A DNA stretch of 64,000 bases from an uncultured Anaerolineales bacterium (GCA_964353865.1 CAYGXJ010000004.1:10782-74781), one strand, 5' to 3'. Counted from the stretch's first letter, positions 26,741 through 37,653 are shown. The notes: generated from the letters alone by a model not told the origin. A program made the numbers and translations.

Positions 26741-27937
26741 CTACTTGCGTTCGGCCAGCGGAGGGTAGGGCTCGCTTTCGGGCCCGACGTACACAAAGCG
26801 CGGCCGGAAGAGGCGGTTATCTTGGCGCTGCTCCCAGGCATGCGCTACCCAACCGGCGCTGCGACCCACGGCGAACAACGGGGTGAACATGGAGGGGTCG
26901 ATTCCCAGAGACGCCATGACCACGCCCGAGAAAAAATCCACGTTGGGCCAGATGCCCTTCTGACCGAACTTCTCGACCATGGTCTTTTCGATTTTTTCGG
27001 CCATGACCTGCCAGCGCTCGGTGCCGGCGCGGCGGGTCACCTCGCGCGCGTAGCCCCGCAGGATGGTGGCACGCGGGTCCATCGTCCTATACACCCGATG
27101 GCCGAAGCCCATGATCTTCTTCTTCTGGGCCATGGCCTCGTCGAGCCAGGCCGCGACGCGCTCCGGGCGGCCGATGCTCTCGAGCATCTTCATCACCTGC
27201 TCGTTCGCCCCGCCGTGCAGCGGGCCCTTAAGTGCGGCGATCCCCGCGACCACGGCCGAGTACATGTCGGCCAGGGTGGATTGGACGACCAGTGCGGCGA
27301 AGGTGCTGGCATTGCCCTCATGGTCAGCGTGCAACATCAGCAGCACGTCCATCAGGCGCGCTTCGAATTCGTCGGGCAGGCGGCCCATCATCATATAGAA
27401 GTAATCGGCGGCATGGCTGAGATCGCTGCGCGGATGCACGATTGGCTGGCCGCTCCGAACGCGCCCGATCGCCGCCGCAACAGTGGCCATCTTGGAGGTG
27501 ATCGCGATCGCCTGTGCCGGATGGGTCTCGGGGGTGTCTTCTTCGGCATGCTCGTCGAAGACTGCCAGCGCCGAGATCGCCGTGCGCAGGACGGTCATCG
27601 GATGAACCCCGCGCCGGGCGGCATGATCGCGGACGAGGGCATAAACCTCCTCGGGGATCTCGCGATCCATCTGCATGCGCCCGGTGAACTGGGCCAGCTC
27701 GGGGGCCGCCGGCAGCCGGTCGTAGAGAAGGAGGAAGAGCACTTCTTCGAAAGTGGATTTCTCGGCCAACTCCTCAATCGGGTGTCCGTGGTAGACCAGG
27801 CGGCCGCCCAGGCCATCGACGTAACTCTTGGTGCTCTCGGCCGCGATGACTCCCTCCAGGCCTTTGGAGAAACTGATTTCGCCGGGGCGGGCGATGAGTT
27901 TTATTTCTTCACTGTAGGTTGTCATGAGAAACTCCAC
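26741..27937 (-). CDS. gltA: citrate synthase
   Basis: 398 aa. GFGHRVY motif and a LHADHE-type block (MLHADHEGN). Confidence 0.9.
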   Translation of the reverse strand: MEFLMTTYSEEIKLIARPGEISFSKGLEGVIAAESTKSYVDGLGGRLVYHGHPIEELAEKSTFEEVLFLLLYDRLPAAPELAQFTGRMQMDREIPEEVYALVRDHAARRGVHPMTVLRTAISALAVFDEHAEEDTPETHPAQAIAITSKMATVAAAIGRVRSGQPIVHPRSDLSHAADYFYMMMGRLPDEFEARLMDVLLMLHADHEGNASTFAALVVQSTLADMYSAVVAGIAALKGPLHGGANEQVMKMLESIGRPERVAAWLDEAMAQKKKIMGFGHRVYRTMDPRATILRGYAREVTRRAGTERWQVMAEKIEKTMVEKFGQKGIWPNVDFFSGVVMASLGIDPSMFTPLFAVGRSAGWVAHAWEQRQDNRLFRPRFVYVGPESEPYPPLAERK

Positions 27938-27976
27938 TGCGAGATAGGGATAAGACCGGAAGGCCGGGCGGGGCTC

Positions 27977-29023
<1,047 letters not shown>

Positions 29024-29158
29024 TTATGACCGACACAACCTCACACGATGCATCGTCCAAGTCAGTGGGTCATGAAGCATCGACCCACGGGCGATCCTTC
29101 GCGACCACGCGCCGAAGAGCCCGCGCAGTTTACCACACGCTGCCCGCGTATCGAATGC

Positions 29159-29164
29159 TATAAT
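29159..29164 (+). promoter_or_regulatory. -10 box TATAAT upstream of dinG
   Basis: gcTATAATcg, 62 nt before ATG 29227. Confidence 0.4.
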
Positions 29165-29226
29165 CGAACTCTTACTTCTTACCTCGGCCGGCCCACGGCC
29201 CTAGAAAGCCCGAGCGCGCTGCTCCC

Positions 29227-32025
29227 ATGAAGAACCTGAAATCGATTGCCTGTCTGGACCTGGAGACGACAGGCCTCAGTCCAGAACGCGACTCGGTCAT
29301 TGAAATCGGCGTCGTGCTGTTTCGCGGCGAGCGCGTCGAGGGCGAGTGGAGCACGCTGGTCAACCCCGGGCACCCCATCCCGCGCGCCATCACCGACCTC
29401 ACCGGGATCACAGACGCGATGGTGGCCGAAGCGCCCCGTCTCGACCGGGCGCTCGCCAAATTGGAGTCGTTTGTCGGAGAACGGCCGATCCTCGGCCAGA
29501 GCATCGGTTTCGACCTGGGCTTTCTCCAACGCCATGGGCTGTTCAAGTTCAACCCGGCTTACGATACGTACGATCTGGCCGCGGTTCTCCTGCCCACGGC
29601 CCCGCGCTACAACCTGGGGGCGCTGGCCAGCGCCCTCGGGGTGATCTTGCCGGCCACCCACCGCGCCCTGGATGATGCCCGCGCCACTCGGGCCGTGTTC
29701 CTGCGGCTGCTCGAACTCGCGGCGGAACTGTCACTCGACCTATTGGCCGAACTGGTACGGCTCAGCCAGAATCTGGAATGGGGCGGCGGGCAGCCGCTGG
29801 AGGATGTCCTGGGCGAGCGCCTGCAGGCACACGAGGCGATCGGGCCGCTGACCCCACCCGCGCTCTTCAACCTCCCTGCGCTGCGGCCTTCCGAGTCACC
29901 GGACTTGTCGCCGGCCAGCGAACCCTCGCCTTTGACTATTGATGAGGTGGTGGCCACGCTCGACGCCGGCGGTGCACTCGCCTCGCGTTTCCCCGGCTAC
30001 GAGCGGCGCACCCAGCAACTGGAGATGACCGCCGCCGTCGCCCGCGCGCTGAGCGAAGGGCGGCACCTGCTGGTTGAAGCCGGCACGGGCACGGGCAAGA
30101 GCCTGGCCTATCTCGTTCCGGCAGTTCACTGGGCCGTGCGTAACGGCTTGCGGGTTGTCGTATCGACCAACACCATCAACTTGCAGGACCAGCTCATCCA
30201 CAAAGACGTCCCCGACCTGCAAGCTGCGCTCAACCTCGATTTCCGCGCCGCCGTTCTGAAAGGCCGTGCCAACTACCTGTGCCCGCGCAAACTTGAGGTC
30301 GCGCGACGACGCGGCCCCGAGACGCCTGAAGAGATGCGCGTACTGGGAAAAACCTTGGTTTGGCTGCGGCAGACAACGACCGGCGACCGCGGCGAGCTCA
30401 ATCTAAGCGGGCCGGCCGAACGCATGGCGTGGGACCGTCTTTCGGCTCAGGATGAGCAGTGCACTCTCGAGACGTGTCAAACGCTCGGACATGGGACGTG
30501 TCCGTTCTACCGTGCGCGCGTGGCCGCGGAGAGCGCGCACGTGCTGATCGTGAATCACTCGCTGCTGGTGGCCGATATCGCCGCAGAGAACCGGGTGCTG
30601 CCCGAGTACGACTACCTGATCGTAGATGAAGCCCATCATCTCGAGAGCGCAGCTACCGACGGGCTGGCCTTCCATCTTTCGCAGCCGGATTTCGATCGCG
30701 TGCTGCGCGAGCTTGGCGCCTCGCGCAGCGGCCTGCTGGGTGCGCTGGCCACGCTGGCGCGGCGATCTCCCGCCTGGGCCGGCGAAGTCGATCTGCACAG
30801 GCAGCTCGACCGCCTGGGCGAGGGCGGGGAACGCTGCCAGAGCGATGGGCGCACGCTGTTCGAGACGCTGCGGCGCTTCATCGATAATCAGCTCGAATCG
30901 CCCATCGGCGAATACGGCCTCGACTTCCGGTTGCTGCCGTCGACGCGCTCTCTCCCGGGGTGGGAGGAAGTGGAGATTGCGTGGGAAAACCTGCGCGGCG
31001 CACTCGACGAAGTGCGGCGGATCACCTCTGCCCTCGGCGATCGGATGACGGGAACCGCAGGCGGGGCCACTGAAGGGGATGACCTGGCCTCCGGCTTGCT
31101 CGGATGGGCGCGGCGGGCGCAGACTCTGATGAGCCAGATGAATCAGGTCTTCGCCGAACCCTCGCCGTTGATCATTAACTGGGTGGGAATTCAATCCGAG
31201 CGCCTGACGATGTCGCTGCATGCCGCCCCGCTGCACGTGGGTCCACTTGTCGAGCGTCATCTCTGGCACCAGAAGGCGGCCATCATCATGACTTCGGCGA
31301 CCCTTACCGCGGCGGGCGAGTTCGATTATCTGATCCAGCGCCTGAACGCCGATGAGGCCGATACCCTGGTCGTGGGCTCACCCTTCGATTATGAACACTC
31401 GGCGTTGGTCTATCTGGTGTCCGACATCCCTGAGCCCAACGATGCGCGCGGGTATCAGCGCGGAGTCGAGCAGGGGTTGATCGGGTTGTGCAAGGCCAGC
31501 CGCGGACGGGCACTGGTTCTGTTCACTTCTTATGCACAACTGCGCCAGACTCATCAGGCGATCGCTGCGCCGCTGGCGCGGGCGGGGGTCACCGTATTCG
31601 AGCAGGGCGAGGGCGCCTCGCGCCACTCATTGCTCGAATCCTTTCGCGCCAGCGATCAAGCCGTACTGCTCGGCACACGTTCCTTCTGGGAGGGTGTGGA
31701 TGTTCCCGGTCAGGCGCTTTCGGTTGTGGCGATTGTACGCTTGCCGTTTTCCGTGCCAAGTGACCCGATCGTGGCGGCCCGCTCCGAAACCTTCGATGAC
31801 TCGTTCTCGGAATACTCGCTGCCGGAGGCCATCCTGCGTTTCCGCCAGGGGTTCGGGCGGTTGATTCGCACGCGCACCGACCGCGGGCTGGCCGTCGTGT
31901 TCGATCGACGGATCCTCACCAAATCCTACGGCCGCTATTTCACCAACTCGCTGCCGGACTGCAAGATCGAACAAGGCACACTGCGCGACTTGCCGCAACG
32001 CGCGCAGTTGTGGCTGGGCGAGTGA
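29227..32025 (+). CDS. dinG: DinG-family ATP-dependent helicase with N-terminal DnaQ-like 3'-5' exonuclease domain
   Basis: Exo motifs LDLETTGL and HRALDDA. Helicase motifs EAGTGTGKS and DEAHH. 932 aa, as in DinG proteins that carry an N-terminal exonuclease domain. Confidence 0.85.
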   Translation: MKNLKSIACLDLETTGLSPERDSVIEIGVVLFRGERVEGEWSTLVNPGHPIPRAITDLTGITDAMVAEAPRLDRALAKLESFVGERPILGQSIGFDLGFLQRHGLFKFNPAYDTYDLAAVLLPTAPRYNLGALASALGVILPATHRALDDARATRAVFLRLLELAAELSLDLLAELVRLSQNLEWGGGQPLEDVLGERLQAHEAIGPLTPPALFNLPALRPSESPDLSPASEPSPLTIDEVVATLDAGGALASRFPGYERRTQQLEMTAAVARALSEGRHLLVEAGTGTGKSLAYLVPAVHWAVRNGLRVVVSTNTINLQDQLIHKDVPDLQAALNLDFRAAVLKGRANYLCPRKLEVARRRGPETPEEMRVLGKTLVWLRQTTTGDRGELNLSGPAERMAWDRLSAQDEQCTLETCQTLGHGTCPFYRARVAAESAHVLIVNHSLLVADIAAENRVLPEYDYLIVDEAHHLESAATDGLAFHLSQPDFDRVLRELGASRSGLLGALATLARRSPAWAGEVDLHRQLDRLGEGGERCQSDGRTLFETLRRFIDNQLESPIGEYGLDFRLLPSTRSLPGWEEVEIAWENLRGALDEVRRITSALGDRMTGTAGGATEGDDLASGLLGWARRAQTLMSQMNQVFAEPSPLIINWVGIQSERLTMSLHAAPLHVGPLVERHLWHQKAAIIMTSATLTAAGEFDYLIQRLNADEADTLVVGSPFDYEHSALVYLVSDIPEPNDARGYQRGVEQGLIGLCKASRGRALVLFTSYAQLRQTHQAIAAPLARAGVTVFEQGEGASRHSLLESFRASDQAVLLGTRSFWEGVDVPGQALSVVAIVRLPFSVPSDPIVAARSETFDDSFSEYSLPEAILRFRQGFGRLIRTRTDRGLAVVFDRRILTKSYGRYFTNSLPDCKIEQGTLRDLPQRAQLWLGE

Positions 32026-32080
32026 GGGTGATGCAGGTCGGTGGGATGGCCCTCAGCGGAGACGACAAACCAGGCATCCG

Positions 32081-32656
32081 ATGAGTGTCGTCAAGAACCG
32101 CTCGTGGCTGCGCACGACCTCATTCGCGGCTCTGGGCAGCGGATTGATGCTGCTGGCGGTGGCTGGAGCCGTAGGCCTCGGGCGCCTGTCCAGTTCACAA
32201 GAGCAGCCCTCGGCCGTACCCATCGAAGCCGATTACCCTGCGCCGGAGTTGAGCTTTGTCGATCTCGCCGATCGGCGGGGGTCGCTTTCGGACTTCCGGG
32301 GCCAGGTGGTTCTGGTCAACCTTTGGGCAACCTGGTGTCCGCCGTGTCTTGCGGAAATGCCGGTGCTTGCGGCGGCCGCCCGCGATCATGCCTCGCTAGG
32401 GTTGGTGGTGCTGGCCCTCAACCAAGGTGAATCGCGACCGGTGGTGAGCGACTTTGTCGAGCGCTCCGGTCTGGCATTGGTGGTTGGTCTCGACCCGCAC
32501 GAGGAGGCGATGCGCCTGCTGCGCACCTCGGCGCTGCCTTCTTCTTACTTGGTGGATGCGCAGGGCCAGGTGCGCCTGGCGTGGTTCGGGGCTATCGACC
32601 GGGACCACCTGGAAGCCGCATTGGCCCGCGTGGGGGATGTGGGAGGCGTACCGTGA
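32081..32656 (+). CDS. membrane-anchored thiol:disulfide oxidoreductase (TlpA/ResA-like)
   Basis: N-terminal TM helix, then WATWCPPC thioredoxin-fold active site. Confidence 0.8.
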   Translation: MSVVKNRSWLRTTSFAALGSGLMLLAVAGAVGLGRLSSSQEQPSAVPIEADYPAPELSFVDLADRRGSLSDFRGQVVLVNLWATWCPPCLAEMPVLAAAARDHASLGLVVLALNQGESRPVVSDFVERSGLALVVGLDPHEEAMRLLRTSALPSSYLVDAQGQVRLAWFGAIDRDHLEAALARVGDVGGVP

Positions 32657-33081
32657 ATGCCGCCGCGCTGTGGAAGAGCGGTCTCTCGTTTGAAGGGACG
32701 GCCGATTCGGGGTTTCGCATCCCGCTCGGGGCTGCCGCCGACGTGGGCGGCGCCGAGGACGGGTTCCGCCCCATGGAGCTCATGGCCCTCAGCTTGGCCG
32801 GGTGCACGGCGATGGACGTGATTTCCATTCTGCACAGGAAGCAGCAGGCGGTCACGGCCTTCGAGGTGCGGGTGGAGGGCCAGCGCGCCGCCGAACATCC
32901 GAAAGTCTTCACGCGCATGGTGATCGAATATCGCGTGCGCGGACAGGGCATCGACCCGCAGGCCGTACACCGGGCGGTGGCGCTCTCGCGGGACAAGTAT
33001 TGCCCGGCCCAGGGTATGCTTGCCAAGCTCGTGCCGATCGAGCACCGCGTGCTCATCGAGCAGGATCCGCCGGGTGGCTAG
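32653..33081 (+). CDS. OsmC/Ohr family peroxiredoxin-like protein
   Basis: ELMALSLAGCTAMDV and DKYCPA Cys motifs. GTGA overlap with the upstream gene and a GGGAGG SD. Confidence 0.75.
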   Translation: MNAAALWKSGLSFEGTADSGFRIPLGAAADVGGAEDGFRPMELMALSLAGCTAMDVISILHRKQQAVTAFEVRVEGQRAAEHPKVFTRMVIEYRVRGQGIDPQAVHRAVALSRDKYCPAQGMLAKLVPIEHRVLIEQDPPGG

Positions 33082-33129
33082 ATCGGCAGGGTGGGGTAGG
33101 CAAGGCGTGAATCCAAGGGACTTCGTGCG

Positions 33130-34086
33130 ATGGCCGAACGTCTGCTGATCACGGGAGCGACCGGCTTCATCGGGCGGGCCATCTGCCAGGTCTTTTCGCG
33201 GCGGGCCTACGACTTGCGCCTTCTTCTCCGGCCCTCGCGATCTATCCGGGGTCTTCCGCCGGGGCGCTCGGAGGTTGCGGTCGCCTCGCTTTCCGATGCC
33301 CGCTCTCTGCGGGCGGCCTTGGTGGGCGTCCAGACCATCATTCACCTGGCCTCGGCCGAAGGTGAGCGCCGGCGGCGCGACCTGCTTGCCACCGATGTGG
33401 AAGGAACGGCGCTGCTTGTCGAGCAGGCCCGCCTGGCCGGCGTCCGGCGAGTGGTCTACCTCAGCCACATCGGTGCCAGCCGCATCTCGGCTTTTCCCTT
33501 CCTCCAGGCCAAGGGAATCGCCGAACAGATCCTGCTTGAGAGCGGCCTGCCCACCTGTATCTTGCGCACCTCCTCGGTTTTCGGCCCCGAGGATTCATTC
33601 ACCAACGTGATCGCCATGGCCGCCAGCGCCGTGCCGGTGGCGTTCTTCGTGCCACAGGGCCAGCCTTTGTTGCAGCCGTTGTGGGTGGGTGACTTGGTTG
33701 CGGCGATCGACCTGGCGCTGCGCCAGGAGATGGGCTTTGGGCAGGTGCTCTCGATCGGGGGACCCGAGCACCTCACGATTGACGAAGTAGTGCAAACGGT
33801 GTTGGCCGCGTGCCGCCGCTCGCGAGTTCTGGTGCGGGTGTGGCCGCCCTACCTGCGCCTGGGTGCCACCATGCTTGACGCACTCCTGCCGTACTCGCCG
33901 CTGACTCCTTACTGGATCGACTACCTCGCCGTGAACCGCACCTGCGAGGCGAACGCCTTGGCGCGTTGGTTCGGCATTCGGCCGGCCCGGCTTGCGGATC
34001 GGCTCGACTACTTGGGCCGTGGTCGAGGCCTGCGTGGACTGATGCGTTTCATCTGGCGCGGTCCGCTGGCCCTCTCCGCTGGATGA
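33130..34086 (+). CDS. NAD(P)-dependent epimerase/dehydratase-family (extended/atypical SDR) protein
   Basis: ITGATGFIGRAI Rossmann motif. 318 aa. Confidence 0.7.
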   Translation: MAERLLITGATGFIGRAICQVFSRRAYDLRLLLRPSRSIRGLPPGRSEVAVASLSDARSLRAALVGVQTIIHLASAEGERRRRDLLATDVEGTALLVEQARLAGVRRVVYLSHIGASRISAFPFLQAKGIAEQILLESGLPTCILRTSSVFGPEDSFTNVIAMAASAVPVAFFVPQGQPLLQPLWVGDLVAAIDLALRQEMGFGQVLSIGGPEHLTIDEVVQTVLAACRRSRVLVRVWPPYLRLGATMLDALLPYSPLTPYWIDYLAVNRTCEANALARWFGIRPARLADRLDYLGRGRGLRGLMRFIWRGPLALSAG

Positions 34087-34108
34087 GCTGCGGAGCTTCT
34101 CCGGCTGG

Positions 34109-34137
34109 TTGACAAGCGAAGCCTCCGCCCCCACAAT
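34109..34137 (+). promoter_or_regulatory. sigma-70-like promoter TTGACA-17nt-CACAAT
   Basis: Perfect -35 hexamer and 17-nt spacer, about 64 nt upstream of ATG 34201, which has a GGAAGGA SD. Confidence 0.45.
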
Positions 34138-34200
34138 GTGAGACCGGCACGCGCCCCCAACCCCGGGGCGCCGCGAAATGAGGCTGGGAAGGATCCAGGC

Positions 34201-35310
34201 ATGCGACTTGAATCGGTCGAACTCCATCACATCCGCATGTCCCTGCGCGAGCCGTTCGAAACCTCTTTCGGTGTCACTCGTGAGCGGGAGGCGGTGTTGG
34301 TTCGAGCCTGCGCCCGGGGTGCGGAGGGCTGGGGCGAGTGTGTTGCCGGCCAACGGCCGGACTTCTCCTATGAGACCGCCCGCACGGTGTGGCACGTGCT
34401 GACCGACTTTCTTGTCCCCGCCGCCCTTGCGACCGAAGTGGAAGAACCGCAACAACTGCGGCGGGTGCTGGACGGAGCTCGCGGGCATCCCATGGCCAAA
34501 GCCGGACTCGAGGCCGCAGTATGGGATTTGTTCGCGAAGCAGGCCGGGCACTCGTTGGCCCACTACCTGGGTGGAACGGGCAACCGGGTAGCGGTGGGTG
34601 TCTCCATCGGCATTCAAGAAAGCACGCCCGCGTTGCTGCGGGCGGTGGAAGAGTACGTGCGCCGCGGGTACGCCCGGGTCAAGGTCAAGATCAAACCCGG
34701 CCGAGACGTCGAGGAGGTGCGCGCTCTGCGCAAGGCGTTCCCGGGGCTCGCATTGCAGGTGGACGCGAATGCAGCCTATTCACTTGCGGACCTGCCGGTG
34801 TTCAAAGCGCTGGACGAATTCGACTTGGCGATGATCGAGCAGCCGCTGGGGGCGACGGAACTGACCGATCACAGTCGACTGCAGGCCCAACTGCGGACGC
34901 CGGTCTGCCTGGACGAGAGCATCGGCGATGCCGCCAGTGCCGGGGCCGCACTCGATGTGGGCGCCTGCCGCATCATCAACATCCAGCCCGCCCGAGTTGG
35001 AGGGTTGGGTGAGGCGCGCCGCATCCACGATCTGTGCGCGCAGCGCAGCGTTCCGGGATGGTGCGGTGGCATGCTCGAAACGGGGATCGGGCGCGCGGCC
35101 AGTGTCGCTCTGGCCACGCTGCCCAACTTCCGGCTGGCGGCGGACCTTTCGGCTTCAGATCGATACTACGCCGAAGACCTGATCGAGCAGCCCTTCGTAC
35201 TCAACAGCGACAGCACGCTGACCGTCCCTGCCGGACCGGGGATCGGCGTCGACCTGCGATGGGATCGGCTGCGTCGGGTCACGCTGCGGCGCGCCCTTCT
35301 TAGGGAGTAA
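34201..35310 (+). CDS. enolase-superfamily, MLE-subgroup protein (o-succinylbenzoate synthase / N-acylamino-acid racemase-like)
   Basis: KVKIKPG (KxK), QVDANAAY, IEQP and LDES metal-ligand blocks. The usual NIKP..GG strand reads NIQPARVGG (Gln codon CAG at 34984-34986). Confidence 0.7.
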   Translation: MRLESVELHHIRMSLREPFETSFGVTREREAVLVRACARGAEGWGECVAGQRPDFSYETARTVWHVLTDFLVPAALATEVEEPQQLRRVLDGARGHPMAKAGLEAAVWDLFAKQAGHSLAHYLGGTGNRVAVGVSIGIQESTPALLRAVEEYVRRGYARVKVKIKPGRDVEEVRALRKAFPGLALQVDANAAYSLADLPVFKALDEFDLAMIEQPLGATELTDHSRLQAQLRTPVCLDESIGDAASAGAALDVGACRIINIQPARVGGLGEARRIHDLCAQRSVPGWCGGMLETGIGRAASVALATLPNFRLAADLSASDRYYAEDLIEQPFVLNSDSTLTVPAGPGIGVDLRWDRLRRVTLRRALLRE

Positions 35311-35854
35311 GCCACTGCAGCGCGTACGCGCCGGCGAAGGCGAACGCCAGCATCTTGAGCGTCTTGCCGATCCAACAATAAAAAAGGAACTTGTGCACGG
35401 GCATCCGCAGGATGCCCGCGATGATTCCTGCCACGTCGAAGACCGGATTGGGGATAAAGGCCAGCACCATGATCGTCAACGCCCCGTAGCGGCGCATCAG
35501 ATGTTCCAGGCGCTCGACGCGTGATGTTCGCTCGAGCACCGCGCGCCCGGAGAACCCCGCCAGGTATCCGGAGAGTTCGCCCAACGCCGCGCCCGCCCCG
35601 GCCGCCAATGCCACCGGTAACGGGGGAAACACCGCTCCCATGCTGAAGACGAATGCCACGCCCGGCGCGGGCAAGAAGAGGGTGGCATTGGCGAGAATCG
35701 ATAGCAGGAAGATACCCGGGTAGCCGTACACCGCCAACTGCGCGGCGTGGTCGCGAATGGAGAAGATGTAGAGCGTAATGCCGATCACGGCCGCCAGGCT
35801 GAGCAGGCGCGCCACGGTCAGCCAGATACCGCTGAGGCCCTTGCGGGTGTTCAT
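35300..35854 (-). CDS. VTT-domain (DedA/YqaA-like) membrane protein
   Basis: About 5 hydrophobic helices and the GELSGYLAGFSGR motif typical of the DedA/VTT domain. ATGA overlap with the mvk stop. Its 3' end overlaps the convergent gene by 11 nt. Confidence 0.7.
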   Translation of the reverse strand: MNTRKGLSGIWLTVARLLSLAAVIGITLYIFSIRDHAAQLAVYGYPGIFLLSILANATLFLPAPGVAFVFSMGAVFPPLPVALAAGAGAALGELSGYLAGFSGRAVLERTSRVERLEHLMRRYGALTIMVLAFIPNPVFDVAGIIAGILRMPVHKFLFYCWIGKTLKMLAFAFAGAYALQWLTP

Positions 35855-36777
35855 GGTTGAACGGTCGTTGTGCGCACCCACCGAGCTCCTGCGGCTTCAC
35901 ACGCGGCCCGAATGGCCGCGGCCTGGTGTGCCTCACCCAGCGCAATAATGTTCCCCCCCATGCCCGCGCCTGTAAGTTTGGCACCCAGCGCGCCGGCACG
36001 GCGCGCGGCTTGCGCGATTCGCTCGAGCCCAGCGGTAGAAACCCCGAGCATCTCGAGCAAGTCCTGGTTGCGGTTCATCAGAACGCCGACCCGCGCCAAG
36101 TCACCTTCCGCCAGCGCCGCCAGCGACTGACGCGCGCAGGCCCCAATCTCATCGAACAGGCGCTCGAAGGTGGGCGTATCCCGTTGCCACGCATCGCGAA
36201 CAACCCCGACGGCCACGCGTGTCTGGGTGCGTACTCCGCTGTCGGCGATCGTTAGGTCGAATGGGGCACCGAGATCTAGTGGTTGCGGGGGTGTGCCGCG
36301 GACGAAGACAATCAGCCGCTCGAGGGCGATGACCGAGTTGTCAATGCCGGAAGGCGTGCCGTGATAGACGGCTTCCGCCTCGAAAACGATGGCCGAGACC
36401 TGTGCCGGAGCGAGGTCGACGCCGTGCGCGGAAGCCAATGCCCGCACGATGGCTGTGGTCACGGCAGCGCCGGAGCCGAGCCCGGAGGCCACCGGAATTT
36501 CGGACGTGATGCGCAGCGTGCCCTGGCGCACTTCGAGGCCCAGCCGCTCGCAGACAATTCGCAGTGTTTCCCTGAGCGGGTGGCCAACGGAAAGTGCCGC
36601 GAGCGGCGAGGTCACGTCGATCTGCGGCGCGTCGAGCGAAATGGGGAAGTTTCCGGGCAGGTATTCGGCGCGGGCGCGTAGGCCGGGCAGAGGCAGAGCC
36701 ACGGCCGGGCGCCCGTAGACGACCGCGTGCTCGCCGAACAAAATGACTTTGGCGCACGCGGTGGCCGAGAAGCTCAT
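35851..36777 (-). CDS. mvk: mevalonate kinase (GHMP family)
   Basis: KVILFGEHAVVYG, PVASGLGSGAA (motif II), KLTGAGMGG (motif III). ATGA overlap with the upstream gene. Confidence 0.85.
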   Translation of the reverse strand: MSFSATACAKVILFGEHAVVYGRPAVALPLPGLRARAEYLPGNFPISLDAPQIDVTSPLAALSVGHPLRETLRIVCERLGLEVRQGTLRITSEIPVASGLGSGAAVTTAIVRALASAHGVDLAPAQVSAIVFEAEAVYHGTPSGIDNSVIALERLIVFVRGTPPQPLDLGAPFDLTIADSGVRTQTRVAVGVVRDAWQRDTPTFERLFDEIGACARQSLAALAEGDLARVGVLMNRNQDLLEMLGVSTAGLERIAQAARRAGALGAKLTGAGMGGNIIALGEAHQAAAIRAACEAAGARWVRTTTVQP

Positions 36778-37652
36778 CGCTGGAGGTAGAGGATGCCCAT
36801 GGCGGACACCGCCCACAACACCACGCCGGCCTGCAGCGGGCGATCCATCATGACGATTTCCTCGGGTGCGCCGCCAGCCTTTTCCACCTGGATGAGGTAC
36901 AGGTAGCGGAAGATGCTGTACACCACAAAGGGCACCGTCAGCATCATCGAATGATTGGCGGGCAGGTTGGGCGCCGAAAAGGTATACAGCGAGTAGGCGA
37001 CGATCGTCGCCGCCGACACGATCTGAATGTAGCTGTCGAGCAAGGGGAGGGTGTACCCATCCAGCACGCGGCGGTGATTAGAGGCCTCGTCGACCAACAA
37101 CGCCAGCTCGGCGCGGCGCTTGCCGAAGCTGATGTACAGCGCGAGGAGGATCGTGCATACGTACAGCCATGGCGAAAACCGTTCGACCTCGATCAAGGTC
37201 ACCCCGGCCGCCACGCGGATGACAAACCCCGCAGCCACCGTCAAGGCATCCACGATCGGCACGTGCTTGAGCGCGAAAGAATAGGCCAGGTTGAGCAGCA
37301 AGTAGCCGAAGACAAGCCATCCGAGAACCGGGTTCAACAAGAACGCCAGGGCGACGGAGAGCGGGCCGAGCACCGCCGACACGGCCAGCGCCAGGGCCAC
37401 TGAGATCTCGCCCGCGGCGATCGGCCGCTTGCGCTTGTCGGGGTGCAGCCGGTCCTGGTTGCGGTCGGCGACGTCGTTGATGAGGTAGACCACGCCCGAC
37501 GCCAGGCACAGCAGCACGAACCCGCCCGCGGTACGCAACAGCGCATCCAGATGCAGTATTTGCCGGTCGAAGCCGAGCGCGGCGAAGATGAAGATGTTTT
37601 TCGGCCACTGACGCGGCCGCATGCTTTTGAAGAGGAGGCGCAGCGTCTGCAT
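36774..37652 (-). CDS. UbiA-superfamily prenyltransferase, decaprenyl-phosphate phosphoribosyltransferase-like
   Basis: N-terminus RPRQWPKN. First Asp-rich motif NDVADRNQDRLHPDKRKRPIAAG. About 8 TM helices. Confidence 0.75.
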   Translation of the reverse strand: MQTLRLLFKSMRPRQWPKNIFIFAALGFDRQILHLDALLRTAGGFVLLCLASGVVYLINDVADRNQDRLHPDKRKRPIAAGEISVALALAVSAVLGPLSVALAFLLNPVLGWLVFGYLLLNLAYSFALKHVPIVDALTVAAGFVIRVAAGVTLIEVERFSPWLYVCTILLALYISFGKRRAELALLVDEASNHRRVLDGYTLPLLDSYIQIVSAATIVAYSLYTFSAPNLPANHSMMLTVPFVVYSIFRYLYLIQVEKAGGAPEEIVMMDRPLQAGVVLWAVSAMGILYLQR

Positions 37653-37653
37653 G

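Noticed and set aside
29227-32025. DinG helicase as a CRISPR type IV or defence-associated DinG, and Lon (11376-13910) as a BREX BrxL-like protein.
   Set aside because: Both show standard housekeeping architectures: a DnaQ-exonuclease + DinG, and a full LonA with N-domain, AAA+ and S16 protease. No cas, brx or methylase genes or repeat arrays are nearby.
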